A DNA stretch of 64,000 nt. Source: Hypanus sabinus (taxonomy: Eukaryota). Within the stretch, counting starts at the first letter, position 1; each line of letters begins with the position of its first letter. The stretch is taken from the NCBI RefSeq assembly GCF_030144855.1, contig NC_082731.1:22320001-22384000 (forward strand), given 5' to 3'. The translations under genes and the position numbers were made by a program. Of the stretch, positions 36,576-49,940 are shown piece by piece. Below the pieces are notes generated by a model, which was not told the origin of the DNA, searched no databases, and worked only from the letters and a program-made list of their open reading frames with translations.

Positions 36576-38149
36576 CTGGGTTTCTGAGCATTATTTTTCT
36601 ACAGTTTGTGGCATTTGCGTGAAAAGCGACTTTCGGGTTAATGGTAGAAGCCGATACATTATTTACTATTTAGAGGCAAGAAGGACGTGAAGATGTATGA
36701 AAAATACATGGAAGGCATTGTGAAACAGAAAAGGAGAGCAAACTGTTTCTTTCATGAGAGTGTCCTGTACTGTGTTATTGTTTTTTCCATTGTATATTGT
36801 GAACTCTGGACTTTTTACCAGGGCAATGAACAAACATGCTGATGAGTCATATTTAACGACTACCTGGATTTCTGTCACATGACCTAAACAACATAGTGGA
36901 TCCGCTAATCAAATGCAACAGCATTCTTTGCGGGGTATTCCTATCTTACATTCAGCGAAGCACTGTTGCAGGATTCAGGGCATAACTGACTCAGACCACA
37001 TCCTAAAATGTATTTCTCCATCCTACAGTCGGTCCGCGGGAATTAGCTAGCGGACAATTGAATTAGCTCATATGTGTAATAGGACCGAAACCAAACAGGA
37101 AGCTACTGGATTTACCTGTGAAGCGATTCGGTAAATTAAGTCAGATGAGGGAAATTAATTTTGACACATGTCTGGCTCAGTAACTCAGAACAGGGAAACA
37201 ACAACCAAAAGTCCTAGTAAGCAAGAAGTCACAAATAAATGGAATTCGCTAAACACTTGGCCAAAGAGCAGAAACAGATCATAGAGGATCTAATAATTCT
37301 ATGATCGTCTGTAGTGTATTCATTTTGGTAAAGTTCGAGTAGGAGCAGGAACGTATCACTAAAAAAAATTGCAAACGTAGTAGCTCTGTTGTTCAGAACG
37401 GGAAATAAACACCGGTACCCGCAATGTTTTGGAATGCTTTAGCGGTCGGAAAAAAATAAACTTACTGTAACAATTCGTCACTATAAAGAAACGACAGCTT
37501 TAACGATACATTAACAATCTCCCTTAGCCCAATGCAGCCGAAAACACAAGTTGGAGCTCTGAATAACGGCTGGTATTGCCCGCGTCTTCGTTTAGGGGTA
37601 TTGCGGATTCAATTACAGCTGCGGCAAGGTCTTATTTATTGCCAACGCTGTCAGTGGTCATTGCGAATTCAAAAAGTGCAAAAAAAAAGTTTTGCATGAA
37701 TGTGATCCTGTTCCCTCATGACAATGAACGAAATCATCACTGTATTATACGGTGAAATATAATTAATAGACATAACTATAATGTGGAAATCGCTGAGAGA
37801 TTTGATGCAAAAACGGAAGTTGTTCTAAGTCAGAATGTCATCTGGTGCAGCTTTCGTGTGCTTAAATATATGGCTTAGATGGTAGTTTAATTTTGCTGTT
37901 CAATATTATTGACAAAATATGCCTTACAACAATCCGGTTGTTGAAGGTAGAAGGCTATAATCAGGATCGGCTCTATGCTGAGCCGAGTTGGAACACACGA
38001 TGTTTCCTCCGGATCGTATTCAATCTAATTTACCGAAAAATACAGCCACGGACTCTAAGAGATCTCAGAAGCCGTTATGAATTAGGATTCATAATGCTTA
38101 TCATTTAATTGTATACAGTGTACTGTCTGATATTTTGCATTGTTGGATT

Positions 38150-40998
38150 GTGAACGGGAATGCATCACACAGCATCCACTGAAACTTAAGTAACTTGTTC
38201 GGCGGGGAAAGCTGATTCCCCTGAATGAACGTGCACGGCAATGCTGGTGGGTCATATTTGTGGGAGCTACGTCCTGTATTTGATTCCGTTGGATGTTGCG
38301 TGATCGCCCAGTTTAAATCAGTGCCGATACGGATGCTGCTGGGGTAGAACGCTGGTGTGCATTTGCAGGATTACCGGTAATTATTGCTTGCGTTTTGAAT
38401 GGGGAGGATATTCGTAGCCGGATGAATTGTTATTTGGACATTTGAGTATGGTTAAAGCTGTCTGCAAGATTCAAATCGTAGTGCGAAAGTTTAATAACAC
38501 GGCGAGCTCAGACATGGTTTTACTTCAGAGCAGCGCTGACGTAAGGTCCCGGAGGACTGCCAGAGTTTATTGGTTATCCAGGAAAAGTGGGACAATGGCG
38601 TGTTCATACTGTCAGGGAGGGGGGAAACGGAGCTCACCGGGTTGCGGCACGAGCTGAGCTACCAGCAGTTGAGTGGGGAGATTTTAGGGCACGGGTACTT
38701 TCATTTCTGACTGATGAGCAGAAAGAGTGATCTGATTTGGAAAAAAAAAAACATGATTAGTTCCCGTCCCCCAGTGCAGGGTGAGAGTTCTGAGTTGGCA
38801 TCCGCTATTCCCTCAATGGCATCTGAGGCAAAGGATACCCGCCAGAAGACAGTCATTTTTTGCGGAACAACGCCTACACCCAAGGGGGAGTAGGATCACG
38901 AAACGTGGCTGGAGCCCACTTCTCAATTGTTAGGTCAGTGGCAGTGTTCTGATGATGACAAGCGACGGAGTTTGTTTAAAAGTTTGTGGTGGTTGGCGGC
39001 TGAGGTATTAAGAGGTGGGAAAGTTAACCAGCCCTCTGCCTCCCTTGCTGAATATCTGGATGTTTTGGAATGCGCTTTTTGTCTGATCGAGAGCTGCTGG
39101 GCGCTCCTGAGAGAGTTTGAAAACGTGCATCAAGAGAAGGGGGAGAGGCTTTCCGTGTACCTTTTCCGGCTGAAAGTAGGCTAAATGGTTTGCGGCTCCG
39201 TGGGGTCATTCGAGCATCTGAGGTGCATCAGTTATGGATGGATCAGGTTGCTGGAGGCGTCGAGGCCCAGGAGAGGATTGCTTATAGTCACTGGCCTTCA
39301 CGGAAAACGCATCCAACTCCGTCGTTTGTTCAGCTGATCCGAGAGGTGCGGGAGGATGAGAACACGTTGGAGCCGCGAGAGGAATATGTCAGCAGGGTGC
39401 AGTCCACGGTCATAGACTCTAGGGGTGAATTGACAGAGACTAGCTCAACCCGGGATATGCTAAAGGAGATGGTTGCATAGCTGATAACTGAGAGGACACG
39501 GGTGCTCATAGAAGGTCTGGACCCTTCGTCTGATAGGACTGGTAGAGAGCTCCCCCCACTCCCGCCACCCTAGGAGACGGACTGCGCAGAAGGTTGCATG
39601 TGGCCTTGATTCCGCGAGACGAGCGGCGGCCGGTATCATGAGCTAAAACTGACGGACTAGGGACTCTTCTGAAGGAACGTGAGCGGCAGGAAGCTCCCGG
39701 GTATTTAAGAAGGAAAGGGACGGGAGACTCAGAGGAGACCCATTGAGAGAACGGCCTGGTGTCACTGGGGAAACACATTCCCAGCAAAGTACCAAGGAAC
39801 CCCCAGAAGCAAAATACCCTATCCCTGAAAGATTGGCGGGACCACGCTTCAACGTGTCACTACGGATAGAAGTAATCTATGCTAAAACCATCCTCGACAC
39901 CGGGTCAAGTTACTGTACAGGTCATTCTACAACTGTTATCAGAAATATTTACCCTTCACCAAATTCAGTGCGCTGGAGATTTGGGGTGTCAGTGCTTGTT
40001 ATTATCCGTACGAGAGTTATTTGTAGCTGAAACTTGATTTTTTTTTCGGAATCCGATCTAGGAGAGTTTGATGTTCATGAGACCTCAGTTCTGGTTTGCC
40101 CGGATCCAGTTGAGACAGGTGGTTATTCAGTGACTCCCCAATTCCCCGGAGTGTCTGAGGGCGAAGCCCGCTTATTGAACGGCTCCAAGACCTCGAGGTG
40201 GAGTCCCGATCACCGGTGCCTTTGCCGGTGAGGCCCGAATTTCAGTGCTTCTCAGTTGTACTGGCGAGCAGGATGGCTGTGATTAACAACGACACAACGA
40301 AAAGGGAGGTCACCTTTAAGAGAGCGATAACTCTGGAGCATTTGTTTCCGGTTACTGTGATGTCAACTACCAACTTGAGGCCCGCTGTGGAAGAAAAAGG
40401 AAAACCCGAACGCTGAATTTAAATTCGGGGACTCTCCGATGCAACTGACTGGTAAAGAAGGCTGTTAGCGAAGATGTTGAAGCTGGAAGGTGTCATTTCC
40501 ATTGGTGAGTTTAATGTGGGTTTTTCCAAGAGCACTCATCACACCATCCGGGTGACCATGGAAATCCCGTTTAAAGAGATGTCGCGGCCACTGGCCCCTG
40601 CGGAAGTGGAACACGTGCGGCAGAATTTATGCAAGTTGAAGGAAGCTGGAATCATCACTGTGTCCCGAACCACCTATACGTCCCCAATAGTAGTGGTCCT
40701 GAAGAAGAACTGGAAAGTACGCATGTGTGTTGACTATAGGACTCTGAACAGGCTCACCGTCTCTGACCAATATACAGTCCAGAGGGCAGAGGACGCTCTG
40801 CCCTGCCTGCGTGGTGCGAAGCGGCTTAGTGTGCTGGACTTGAGGATTAGATTTTACCTGAGGGAGATAAAATGAAGAAGGCATTTATACTTATGTGTAG
40901 TTAGTTAGAAAGGATGGCCCAGGCCATACTCGAAGCCCCTGCTACCTGTCAGAGGGTAATGGAGAAGACGGTGGGGGTGTGAACTTGCTTGAGGTGTT
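38150..40998 (+). mobile_element. Gypsy/Ty3 LTR retrotransposon, copy 1: PNMA-type gag, protease and start of RT, truncated at the duplication junction
   Basis: DDDKRRSLFKSL..AAEVLRGGKVNQPSASLAEYL (PNMA-like gag) and TYTSPIVVVLKKNWKVRMCVDYRTLN..LSVLDLR (RT). Breaks off at 40998 into L1 sequence. The 5' LTR could not be delimited. Confidence 0.88.
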
Positions 40999-43900
40999 CC
41001 AATCGAAAAGATAATCTTTGCAAATATTGCAAGGGGTTTGTTAAATAAATCAAAACATCATCAGCAAATAAATTAATCTTATATTTTTCTTGATTAAATC
41101 TAAAGCCCCCTATGTCTGAATCTGTTCTAATTAATTCAGCTAGTGGTTCTATTGCCAATCCAAATAAAGCAGGTGTTATTTGGCAGCCTTGTCTCGTTGA
41201 CATCGTTAAGCAAAATGGAGTTGAAATCTGACCATTTGAAACGACTTTACCATGAGGATTAGTATTTAAGGTTTTAATGCATTGTATAATGATTTTCCTA
41301 ATTCATATTTTTTCCAATACCTTAAATTAAAAATCCCAGTCCAATCTATCAAATGCTTTTTCTGCATAAAAAGCAACTGCCACACTCATTTCCTCTCTTT
41401 TTGTGCTAAATGAATTATACTAAGTAACCGGGTTATATCCATCGATTGCCTGTTTGCATTAAAATCTTTTTGATCCATATGTATTAATATTGGGAAATAT
41501 TTAGATATTCTGTTAGATAAAATTTTTGCTATTATTTTATAATCTGTATTCAACAAAGAAATAGGCCTATATGATGTTGGTTTTAAAGGATCTCTACCTT
41601 TTTTTGGCAATACATTTATGATCGTTGTTTAAAAAGATTGTGGGAGATTATGCATTCTTTCCACTTGGTATATTAATTCCATAAAAGGAGGAATTTATAA
41701 ATCTTTAATTTTTTTATAACATTCCGGAGGAAAACCATCTTCTCCTGGGGATTTATTACCCTGAAGTGTTCCTGAAGCTACTTCAACCTCTTTTAATCGT
41801 TTCTGTTCTTCCAACTTTAATTTTGGAAGGGTTATTTGTGATAAAAAAATTATCTGTCTCAGCAAACTTTTTTGTGATTCTGATTGATATAGTTCAGTGT
41901 AATTTTTTTTTTAAGTTGCATTAATTTCTAACGGTTTATAAGTAACCTTATTTACAATTGCTATAATTCAATTTATTGTTTTTGAAGCCTGTTCTGTTTT
42001 CAACTGTCAAGCAAGAATTTTACGTGATCCTTCACCTTATTCGGAATAGTTCTGTTTAGTTCTCATAATTACTTTTTCTGTACGATATGACTGGAGTGTA
42101 TTATATTGTAGTTTTTTTTTATATACAGTTTGACTTCGTTTTTCTTCTGTCATATAACTTTGAGATTCATTTTCTAACTTTAAGATATATTTTTCCAATT
42201 GATCCATTTCTGCCCTATTTTCCTTAATACTAGATGTATAACATAATCTGACACATTAAATATGCTTTCATCGCTTCCCATAATACAATTTAATCCTCAA
42301 CTGAATGTAAATTTGTATAAAAAAAAATCAATATGTTTTTTCATAAAATCACAAAAATCGACGTTTTAATAAGATTGAATTAAATCTCCATCTATAAATC
42401 GATTCCTCCTTATCCATCACTTTCATTGTCATTATCAAGGGGGAACGAGCTTGCTTTATATTCCACACGTTTCAATCCAGATTGTACATTTTTTGATAAT
42501 AAAAAATCAATCGTTGAGTAAGTTTTATGTCTATTTGAATGAAATGAATAATCTCTTTCTCTTGGATTAATTTTTCTCCATATATCAATCAGGTTTAAGT
42601 CTTTCATTAATGACAAATTTAGGTTTATTACATTTTATTTTGTAGCAACTTTAGTTGACCTATCGAAAACTGGATCTAAACAAAAATTAAAATATCCACC
42701 TATTAATATTTTATCATGTGCATCAGCCAAATTCAAAAAAACTTCTTGTTTGAATGTTGCATCATTTTCATTTAGTGCATAAATGTTCATAAAAGTCCAT
42801 AATTCTGAAAAAAATGACAATGTATAATCACATATCTCCCCAAATAATCAACTATTGCATTTTGTATTTTAATTGGTCATGATTTATTAACGAAAATTGC
42901 AACTCCTCTCGATTTTGAATTAAGTGAAGCTGCAATGACATTTCCAACACAATCCCTCTTTAATGTCTTATGTTGTGTTTCTGATAAATGTGTTTCTTGT
43001 AAAAGAAATATATATCTCCTTTTATTTTCTTAATATATGTGAAAACCCCTTTCTTTTCACAGGTCCATTAAGTCCATTAACATTAAAAAAAAATAAGCAA
43101 ATTCATCATTCATAACAGCTTGGAAATTCTTTAAAATTCTCCATGTTGCTATGAGTTTCTCCCCAACCATCCAGGCAAAAAAGAAGAAAAATAGCAGAAA
43201 GATAACTAATATTTAAGAAAAAACAAACAAAGAACACCCCCTACTAATGTTACGAATAATAAAAAAAAACATTAACCCCCCCCCCTCCAATTTCTGGGTC
43301 ATGGCAATCGCCATGAATTTAAGCGTGAAACTCGCAGCCATCTATCAGGAGCTCCTCCACCTCCCCCGCAAAAAAAAACACAGAAAATATTACTGAAGAA
43401 AAGAAAGAAAGTAATTAATGTCTCTATTCCCAATTAATAGTCCTCAACTCTTTTTTTTTATAAATGTCCGTTAAGTCCAAACTCGTTTCAGTCGTCATCA
43501 TTAGTCCATTTCATCTCTATAATTACTTACTTCTCTTCGTGGACATCAGGTAATTCTTGTACAATTTTATCCGCTTTCCGGTAGTCAACGAAAAATCTTC
43601 TTCCTATGTTATCCTGGAAAATTATCAATTTTGCTGGGTAACTCAATAAAAATTTATAGCCCTTTTCCCATGAATATTTTTTCACTGGATTAAATTCCTT
43701 CCGCCTCTTCAGAAGTTCGTAACTTATGTCTGGAAAAAAAAAAACTCTTTTCAATTCAATTGTCAATGGCCCATTTCTCTTTTTAGCACCTTGAGCAGCT
43801 ATCTTCAAGATCATTTCTTTATCTTGGTACCTTAAGCATTTTATCAAAATTGATCTTGGATTTAGATCTTGTTGAGGTCTTGGTCTTAAAGCTCTGTGTG

Positions 43901-44771
43901 TTCTTTGAATTTCAATTAATTGGCTTCATTCTTTCATTTCCAATTTTTTCGGGATCCATTCTTTAAAGGATTTTATTGGATTTTCTTATTCTGTACCTTC
44001 CATAAGACCTACAATTTTGATATTAGTTCGTCTATTTGAGTGTTCAAGCCTATCTATTTTTTCCAACATCCGATTTCTTTCTGTTGTCCAGGCAAGGTTA
44101 TTGTCTTCTATCTTATCAATTCTTTCAGTATTTTCTTCCACTTTTACTTCCATCCCTTTAATTTTATTATCATCTTCTTTTCTTTTTTCACCACATCGAG
44201 TGTATTCTGCATCCTTCTTATAGCTTTTAATTCATTCATAATATGTAACAGGATATCTTTTTACGTCTCCTTTAATCTCCTCTTTCTTTTCCTCATCTTC
44301 TTCCACTGAATTTCCCAAAAAGTCTGACTCCACTTCCGATTCACTACCAGTTTCCCTGCTAGCCGCAGTTGGGATTTGACGTTTTGTTACTTTCGTTAAT
44401 ATCTGTTCATGTTTCTTGTTTCTTCGCGCATGCGTTTTCCTTGCCGCTTCTTCTTAGAGACCGCCGACATTGCTGCAACGTACTGTCCCGCATCATTAGA
44501 AGTGCAATGCACTTCGCCGGGAGGAGATCCAACTTGAGACCGAGGCTTCGCCAATACGGTTAGGCCTTTTCCACCGCCGATTTGTGCAGTCTTCGAGGTA
44601 GTAGTTTTCTTCTGTTTTGGTTTAGGAGCCATATCAAAATATAATCCTGAATTACTTAAAAATAGTTTCTAGTATTTGTGAATTCTTCTTCATTTAAACC
44701 CTATTTCATTACTGTTTACAAGGGAGCTGGATTCTCAACGTCTCGATCCTACCTCATCACGTGACGTCCCC
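40997..44771 (-). mobile_element. L1 copy 2 (5' UTR, ORF1, spacer, ORF2 through the RT region), 3' end absent
   Basis: ORF1 pieces MAPKPKQKK (44632) and CLRYQDKEMILK...ELPDVHEEK* (43527), plus ORF2 fragments. It has the same 5' junction and TSD remnant (aatcagagaataat, 44772-44785) as copy 1 and lacks both nested CR1s. Confidence 0.9.
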
Positions 44772-45841
44772 AATCAGAGAATAATATTTTTCATTCAAAA
44801 TCAGATCGATTGGCATCTGTATCTCCTCCGGCACTTGTGGTATCTATTATTTAAACATGCATTTGATTTTAACAGCGTCCCCGATATAACATGTGCCGTT
44901 AGATGCTCTCTTTTTTGTTGTACCCTTTCGCGTCAGGACAAACGAAGAACCACCAATCTCTGCTTTAAGGAGACAGAACGACCGGGCTCAACTACACTGG
45001 CATTGAAAGCCACAGATTTACCACCCTCTGGCGAAAGAAATTCAAACTCATCTCTGCACTTCCACTCTGACCTTGTACAAAGTGTTCAAAACGGTAAATA
45101 ATATCTTCTACTCTCCAGCGGATGCAGACCAACAACTGTCCATAGTTTAATGCTTTAATGGCAGGACTTCATGTGAACCTTGTTTGCTTCCTATCCGTCT
45201 CCCTGATTTTATCCATGACAATTTCTTTCCTGTATTGGCATGGGTTCCTATTTTGTTACTCAGCCTTTGGTGCGACAACTTGCAGAGGCCTTAAAATCCA
45301 TGTGAACAATACGGACTTACTCAGCTTCGTCGACGTCAGCTTTTATATCCTAATATACTCCCAACAGATTTCTTGGAGCAAGACCGTCATTTAAGAAAAC
45401 ATGTGGAATTTGGGCTAACTTATCAGATTAGTCCACACACTCCGAAACGTCAGCTTGAATAATTCAATGTCTGAAAGCAGTGGCTCGATGATACAGGAGT
45501 GTTTTTCCCCCTGTGCAGTGCACCTGTCAGTGCTGCGAACAGAAAATCGGCTTGTACTATAAATATTGCCTATTTTTTGGTCACACCTGCTCTCAGTTGA
45601 AGACGTAAAGCTTTCCGAATCAGACAGACACAGCGGAAGTTAATTGATATATGTAAGAGACATGAGGAGATGTCACATCATTTACACGGGTCGTTGTTGC
45701 AGGCCCTTCTGTCTTTGATGCTTACATCACTGGAAGCGACAAAGTGGTTAGCGACTTGTCACGTTACCTGAGCGTCAATATTTAACATATACACTGGGAA
45801 GCTAAACATTTTTCCTTACTTTTTTTTCCCTGTGCAGCAAA

Positions 45842-45852
45842 GTGTGTGTGTG

Positions 45853-45924
<72 letters not shown>
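45842..45924. repeat. (GT)n microsatellite
   Basis: About 40 GT units; absent at the paralogous site near 20045. Confidence 0.97.
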
Positions 45925-45931
<7 letters not shown>

Positions 45932-47392
45932 CATATCTCCTCATGTTGACAAGCGCAACGTTTTCATCTTATTACCCATTGCCCTGGAGGAGGAAATTTC
46001 TTGAAGTACAAATATAAAATATCTCTTAACGCTCCTTGTGTATATACATCTTTAACTATCATTATATTTTAAAGCTAGGAATGTTAAATCCGTTTTTATT
46101 TGTTCTTACTTTCTCGGCAGCAGTATTGGATCATTGCACATGTGGAAACACTGGCAGTATTTAAGTTAATCTTTGCAATGTCCAGCAGATTTATTTTAGT
46201 GTACGAAGTTTGGTTATTTCAAAATAATAACGAATCAGAGAAGAAAAGTTTTTAGTTGTGTCTCTCTATTTGAAGGGAAGTGTTTTATTTTCCAACAATA
46301 TAAGCTCCTGCACAAACAGTGTTATTATGCATTGAATGAAAAGTTTTTCGAAACAAGCTGTTCCACCAGCTCAAATATTTCCATAGTCTAGTTGGGAACG
46401 TTAAGCGTAACCAGTATTAAAATTAGACTTTTCATCTGTCTCCAACTGATTGTGATAGTTTCGCACAGGTTAACAATTCCGTGTGCACGTCTTCCTCATC
46501 AAACAACTACAACGTTGCTGAAAATCAGTCATTTAACTCCAATATTATGAAAACTAAAGGGCCAAATTTCCTCCAAATTCCTCCAAAACAGGAAGGAGAG
46601 GCAAATCATGTATCAGCGGGTTTCGCTGCTGGAACACAACTGACATATTGGTTTTTATTTAAGTATTTTGTTCTTTGTTCCGTTACTTGAACGGACGTCC
46701 AATTGGTTTCATCCTACGGTAGTTAACACTAGTTCTGTTTGTCAGATTTCATAACCGAGGAATTATCGGTGTACACAATAACTTTAACCAACAGAGCTAA
46801 ACAGCGCGATGGATAACTTGATGCTGTAATTGAACGTAGAGAATCGATTTTTTGTGAACCATTCATCTGAATGAAAGAAAAAAAACAAGTATGGATGAAA
46901 CGAACGCATCAGACAAGAGATGCAACGGTGACTGAGAGAAATGTCGATAATTTCGAAATGAGCACCCAGTTCAATGGAAACTTCCCCGACCAGATGTACT
47001 GCGAGCTGTTGTTAAATATTGTGACAATATTAGCATGTTATTATAATTGTATAATATTGTAGAATATCAGGCCCGTTGGCATGTTATTATAATTGTAGCT
47101 GTAACATTTGAGTAAAAATTAGATGACAAAATGTAGACACCCACTGTACTGTTTGGTGTCGCAATAAATTCATCACTCAGGTCAAACGAATGTTAATCAA
47201 TTGCACATAATTTCCAAGACTTCTACAAAATCAGATAAGCATTTTGAGACACTGTAATGAGTTAACGAAATCACACGTTGCATTTCCAACGTGGCCATTG
47301 TTTCAGTCTGCATCTACTTGCGAGACGTGCCGCAGAACCAGCTCTAACTATATGCTGCCCCCTAAAGTCTGCAAATTGTAACTTTTAAAAAT

Positions 47393-47431
47393 GGTTTTTG
47401 TAGTGGCGTTCTGCAGCTCGGCAGTAATGTG
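47393..47431 (-). promoter_or_regulatory. 23-bp-spacer recombination signal sequence of V copy 2
   Basis: Heptamer CACATTA (47431-47425), spacer CTGCCGAGCTGCAGAACGCCACT, nonamer ACAAAAACC (47401-47393). Confidence 0.92.
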
Positions 47432-47872
47432 GGCATCATGGCACAGAAAAATACGGAGGAGTCGGAGATACGAGCGTCAGATATTCTGAAAGGAACTGTC
47501 GCACTTCCCTTGTCTACTTCAGCCGAAAACCGGTCTGGGCAATCAGAGGATTGTTCTCCACCACTTCCTGTTGCATATCTCTTCAGTAAATATCTCAAAG
47601 GTTGTCCGGGATATTGCATGTACCAGAACAGGGTGCTAGCAGCTGTTGCAGGGTAGCTGCAGTTCAGCAGCACAGGTTGACCTTCCTGAACCACAATTAC
47701 TGCCGGATCCTGGATTACCATATATTCAGCACTCGCGTCTGGAAGAATAGAAGAAACTTATGAGCATTTCCCGAGGGAACGACAAACCAGAGGAGGCACA
47801 CGATCATTATAAACTGAACATACCGTGTAGTGCAGGCAAAATTATTAGTGACCAAAATCGGATTGCCCACAT
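47432..47872 (-). CDS. TRAV: T-cell receptor alpha/delta variable gene segment, copy 2 (leader exon 47872-47824, intron 47823-47739, V exon 47738-47432); apparently functional
   Basis: Open spliced frame MWAIRFWSLIILPALH-D-ASAEYMVIQDPAVIVVQEGQPVLLNCSYPATAASTLFWYMQYPGQPLRYLLKRYATG...DSSVFFCAMMP. Intact splice sites and 23-RSS. 14 of 307 nt differ from the copy-1 V exon. Confidence 0.9.
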
Positions 47873-47974
47873 GTCTTCTGCTTTGTCGAGTACTCCGAGC
47901 AACGTCGGAACCTGCTGATGTTGCTGCTCTGACTGGTTAACAGAAATGCTTTCGACGTATACCTCCCATCAGAT

Positions 47975-48082
47975 TCTAATGATTGGTTCTCAGAAGGAGG
48001 GGGATGGAGCGACAAAGAACATTATAAAAACATAACTAAGCGATTGGTTGCTTTGACTTCAAGTTGAACAGTAATTGGTCAG
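47975..48082 (-). promoter_or_regulatory. Putative V-segment promoter with three CCAAT boxes (copy 2)
   Basis: ATTGG on + at 47982-47986, 48043-48047 and 48074-48078. Confidence 0.5.
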
Positions 48083-48796
48083 TCAAGATCAGCATTGTTT
48101 TAACTCTCTTTCTTACTATACGCCCAGGCCACACCTTTTGTGTCTGTTACAAGAGAAACAATGTCACGCAATCTATTTCTCAGTTTAGATGGCATCTGTT
48201 AAAAATGCGTCTGCGTCATCGTGTAAGGGGTGACTCTGTTTTCCTTTGCACAGATATTACCGATTCACATAAATGTCTACCGAAATGCAGGGCATAATTT
48301 CTCTATAGGACCAATGTGTCCACATAGCATACGTGAAAACGCGTTATCCTTGACAACAAAGACACACGTCGTATTGTGAAATCCAGCTATATTCTGTCGA
48401 TGTGTATCTTCCTCACAGCTGGTCAATACTAAAATAAACAAGCAGCTGAATTAACACGGCCTACATTAACATCAGAATGTGTCGTTTCCTATGATGTGGT
48501 CGGCCATGATTTTTGCCCTGATTGTTCTACTTGTTGTTGTTTTTCTTAATAATTAGTTTTTATTGTTGTTATTGCTTTTAACCATGGCATCCTTCGTCTG
48601 TTACTGGTGTTTTTCATCGTCTTACGAGCATTGAATAGGTTTCAAGCATATAATTCCTTTCCATACGGTATAGAGCTCTGAGACATAATAGAGTTATTTT
48701 ATACTCCATGCCCTGGGACAACTTCAGAACGACTGCACAGGATCTTAATACCGCTACACCCACGTCCTTCTGATTTTAAAGATAAAAGTCTGAAAT

Positions 48797-48799
<3 letters not shown>

Positions 48800-48835
<36 letters not shown>
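48800..48835. repeat. (TA)n microsatellite
   Basis: About 18 units, versus about 4 at the paralogous site (22910-22917). Confidence 0.97.
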
Positions 48836-48837
<2 letters not shown>

Positions 48838-49888
48838 TAATAAACAGCACAGTCTGCTGGAAACTGAAGGTACAGAAAATTTAAAGATAGCTAATTGACA
48901 TAGCCAGTTTTTTTCTGGTGTGTTCTGATCGCTTTTCAGACCTGTATCGATACATCTAACTAAATGACCGAAACTTTATCGTCAAAGAAAATGGATCTAT
49001 GCTGTAACTTCCAATTCTGTATAGCAACACGGTTTTCAAGCAGTTAGGCACGATGAAATACGTGACTGGTTGAGGAATGTCCATTAGTAGTACTTGACTG
49101 TAATTAGCCCATCGGAAAGGAAACTGCCGTTCGTCTGTTGCTGAGTTCAAAGGAATGATTACTTTATTTTCACACAGGTTTTTTGAAATTGCGGAAGCGA
49201 CAGTCAATTACAAACTATTAACATAAGTGTATTACAAAGATATCGAAGGACGATCACACAATATGAGAGAACAAATCAAGATAAAACAAGTTAGGAATAA
49301 ACCAGAGAAGACATTAGTTAGGAGTAAAATATCGGGGGTGGTGAGATGCAAAATCGAGGCTATCAAAAACGTCAGCACATTCTCTGTCTTTTACGTTTTC
49401 AAATGTGGATGCATATGGCTAGAGAATGGTCTAGTCACGACCATTATTATACCTTGAAGCAATGGAATTTAACCATAAACGTGGACAGTTCTGTTTTTTT
49501 TATTCTTGTTTCTGCAGATGTTCCCTCGCCTGTTTAATTGGTCCAACATTCTCTGTGTATTTTAATGGTCCAGGCATCCTATAATTTTGTATTCATTTCT
49601 GTGGCAATCACTGCCGGAAACGCTCAGGGACTTTTTAACTGAAAAGTTAATATTAAGAGCAAATGGATTAAATGCAAATATCATTGACATAACTAAGCCC
49701 ATAATTTATTGATTTAATGTGCCCATGTTTAAAACCAATGTTGTACGTTTGCGGAATGCATCCCTCACAGCATCGTTCTCGGTTTTCATATTTCATATAT
49801 AATTTTCATATGGCGAAAGAGGTAATGGGACTGCATTGTCTAATTCTTTGTAGTGAATTAAAACCTCATCCTGAACAATGTCAGAATT

Positions 49889-49940
<52 letters not shown>
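49889..49940. repeat. (TC)n microsatellite followed by three CTCAGAAT-type repeats
   Basis: Seen directly. It marks the copy-2 deletion junction. Confidence 0.95.

Larger units (their letters stand above)
13981..40998 (+). repeat. Tandem segmental duplication, copy 1 (about 27.0 kb)
   Basis: Collinear with 40997-61407 (L1 part, CR1, V gene, Penelope, Gypsy 5' part). About 7-10% substitutions in hand-aligned samples. Confidence 0.92.
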
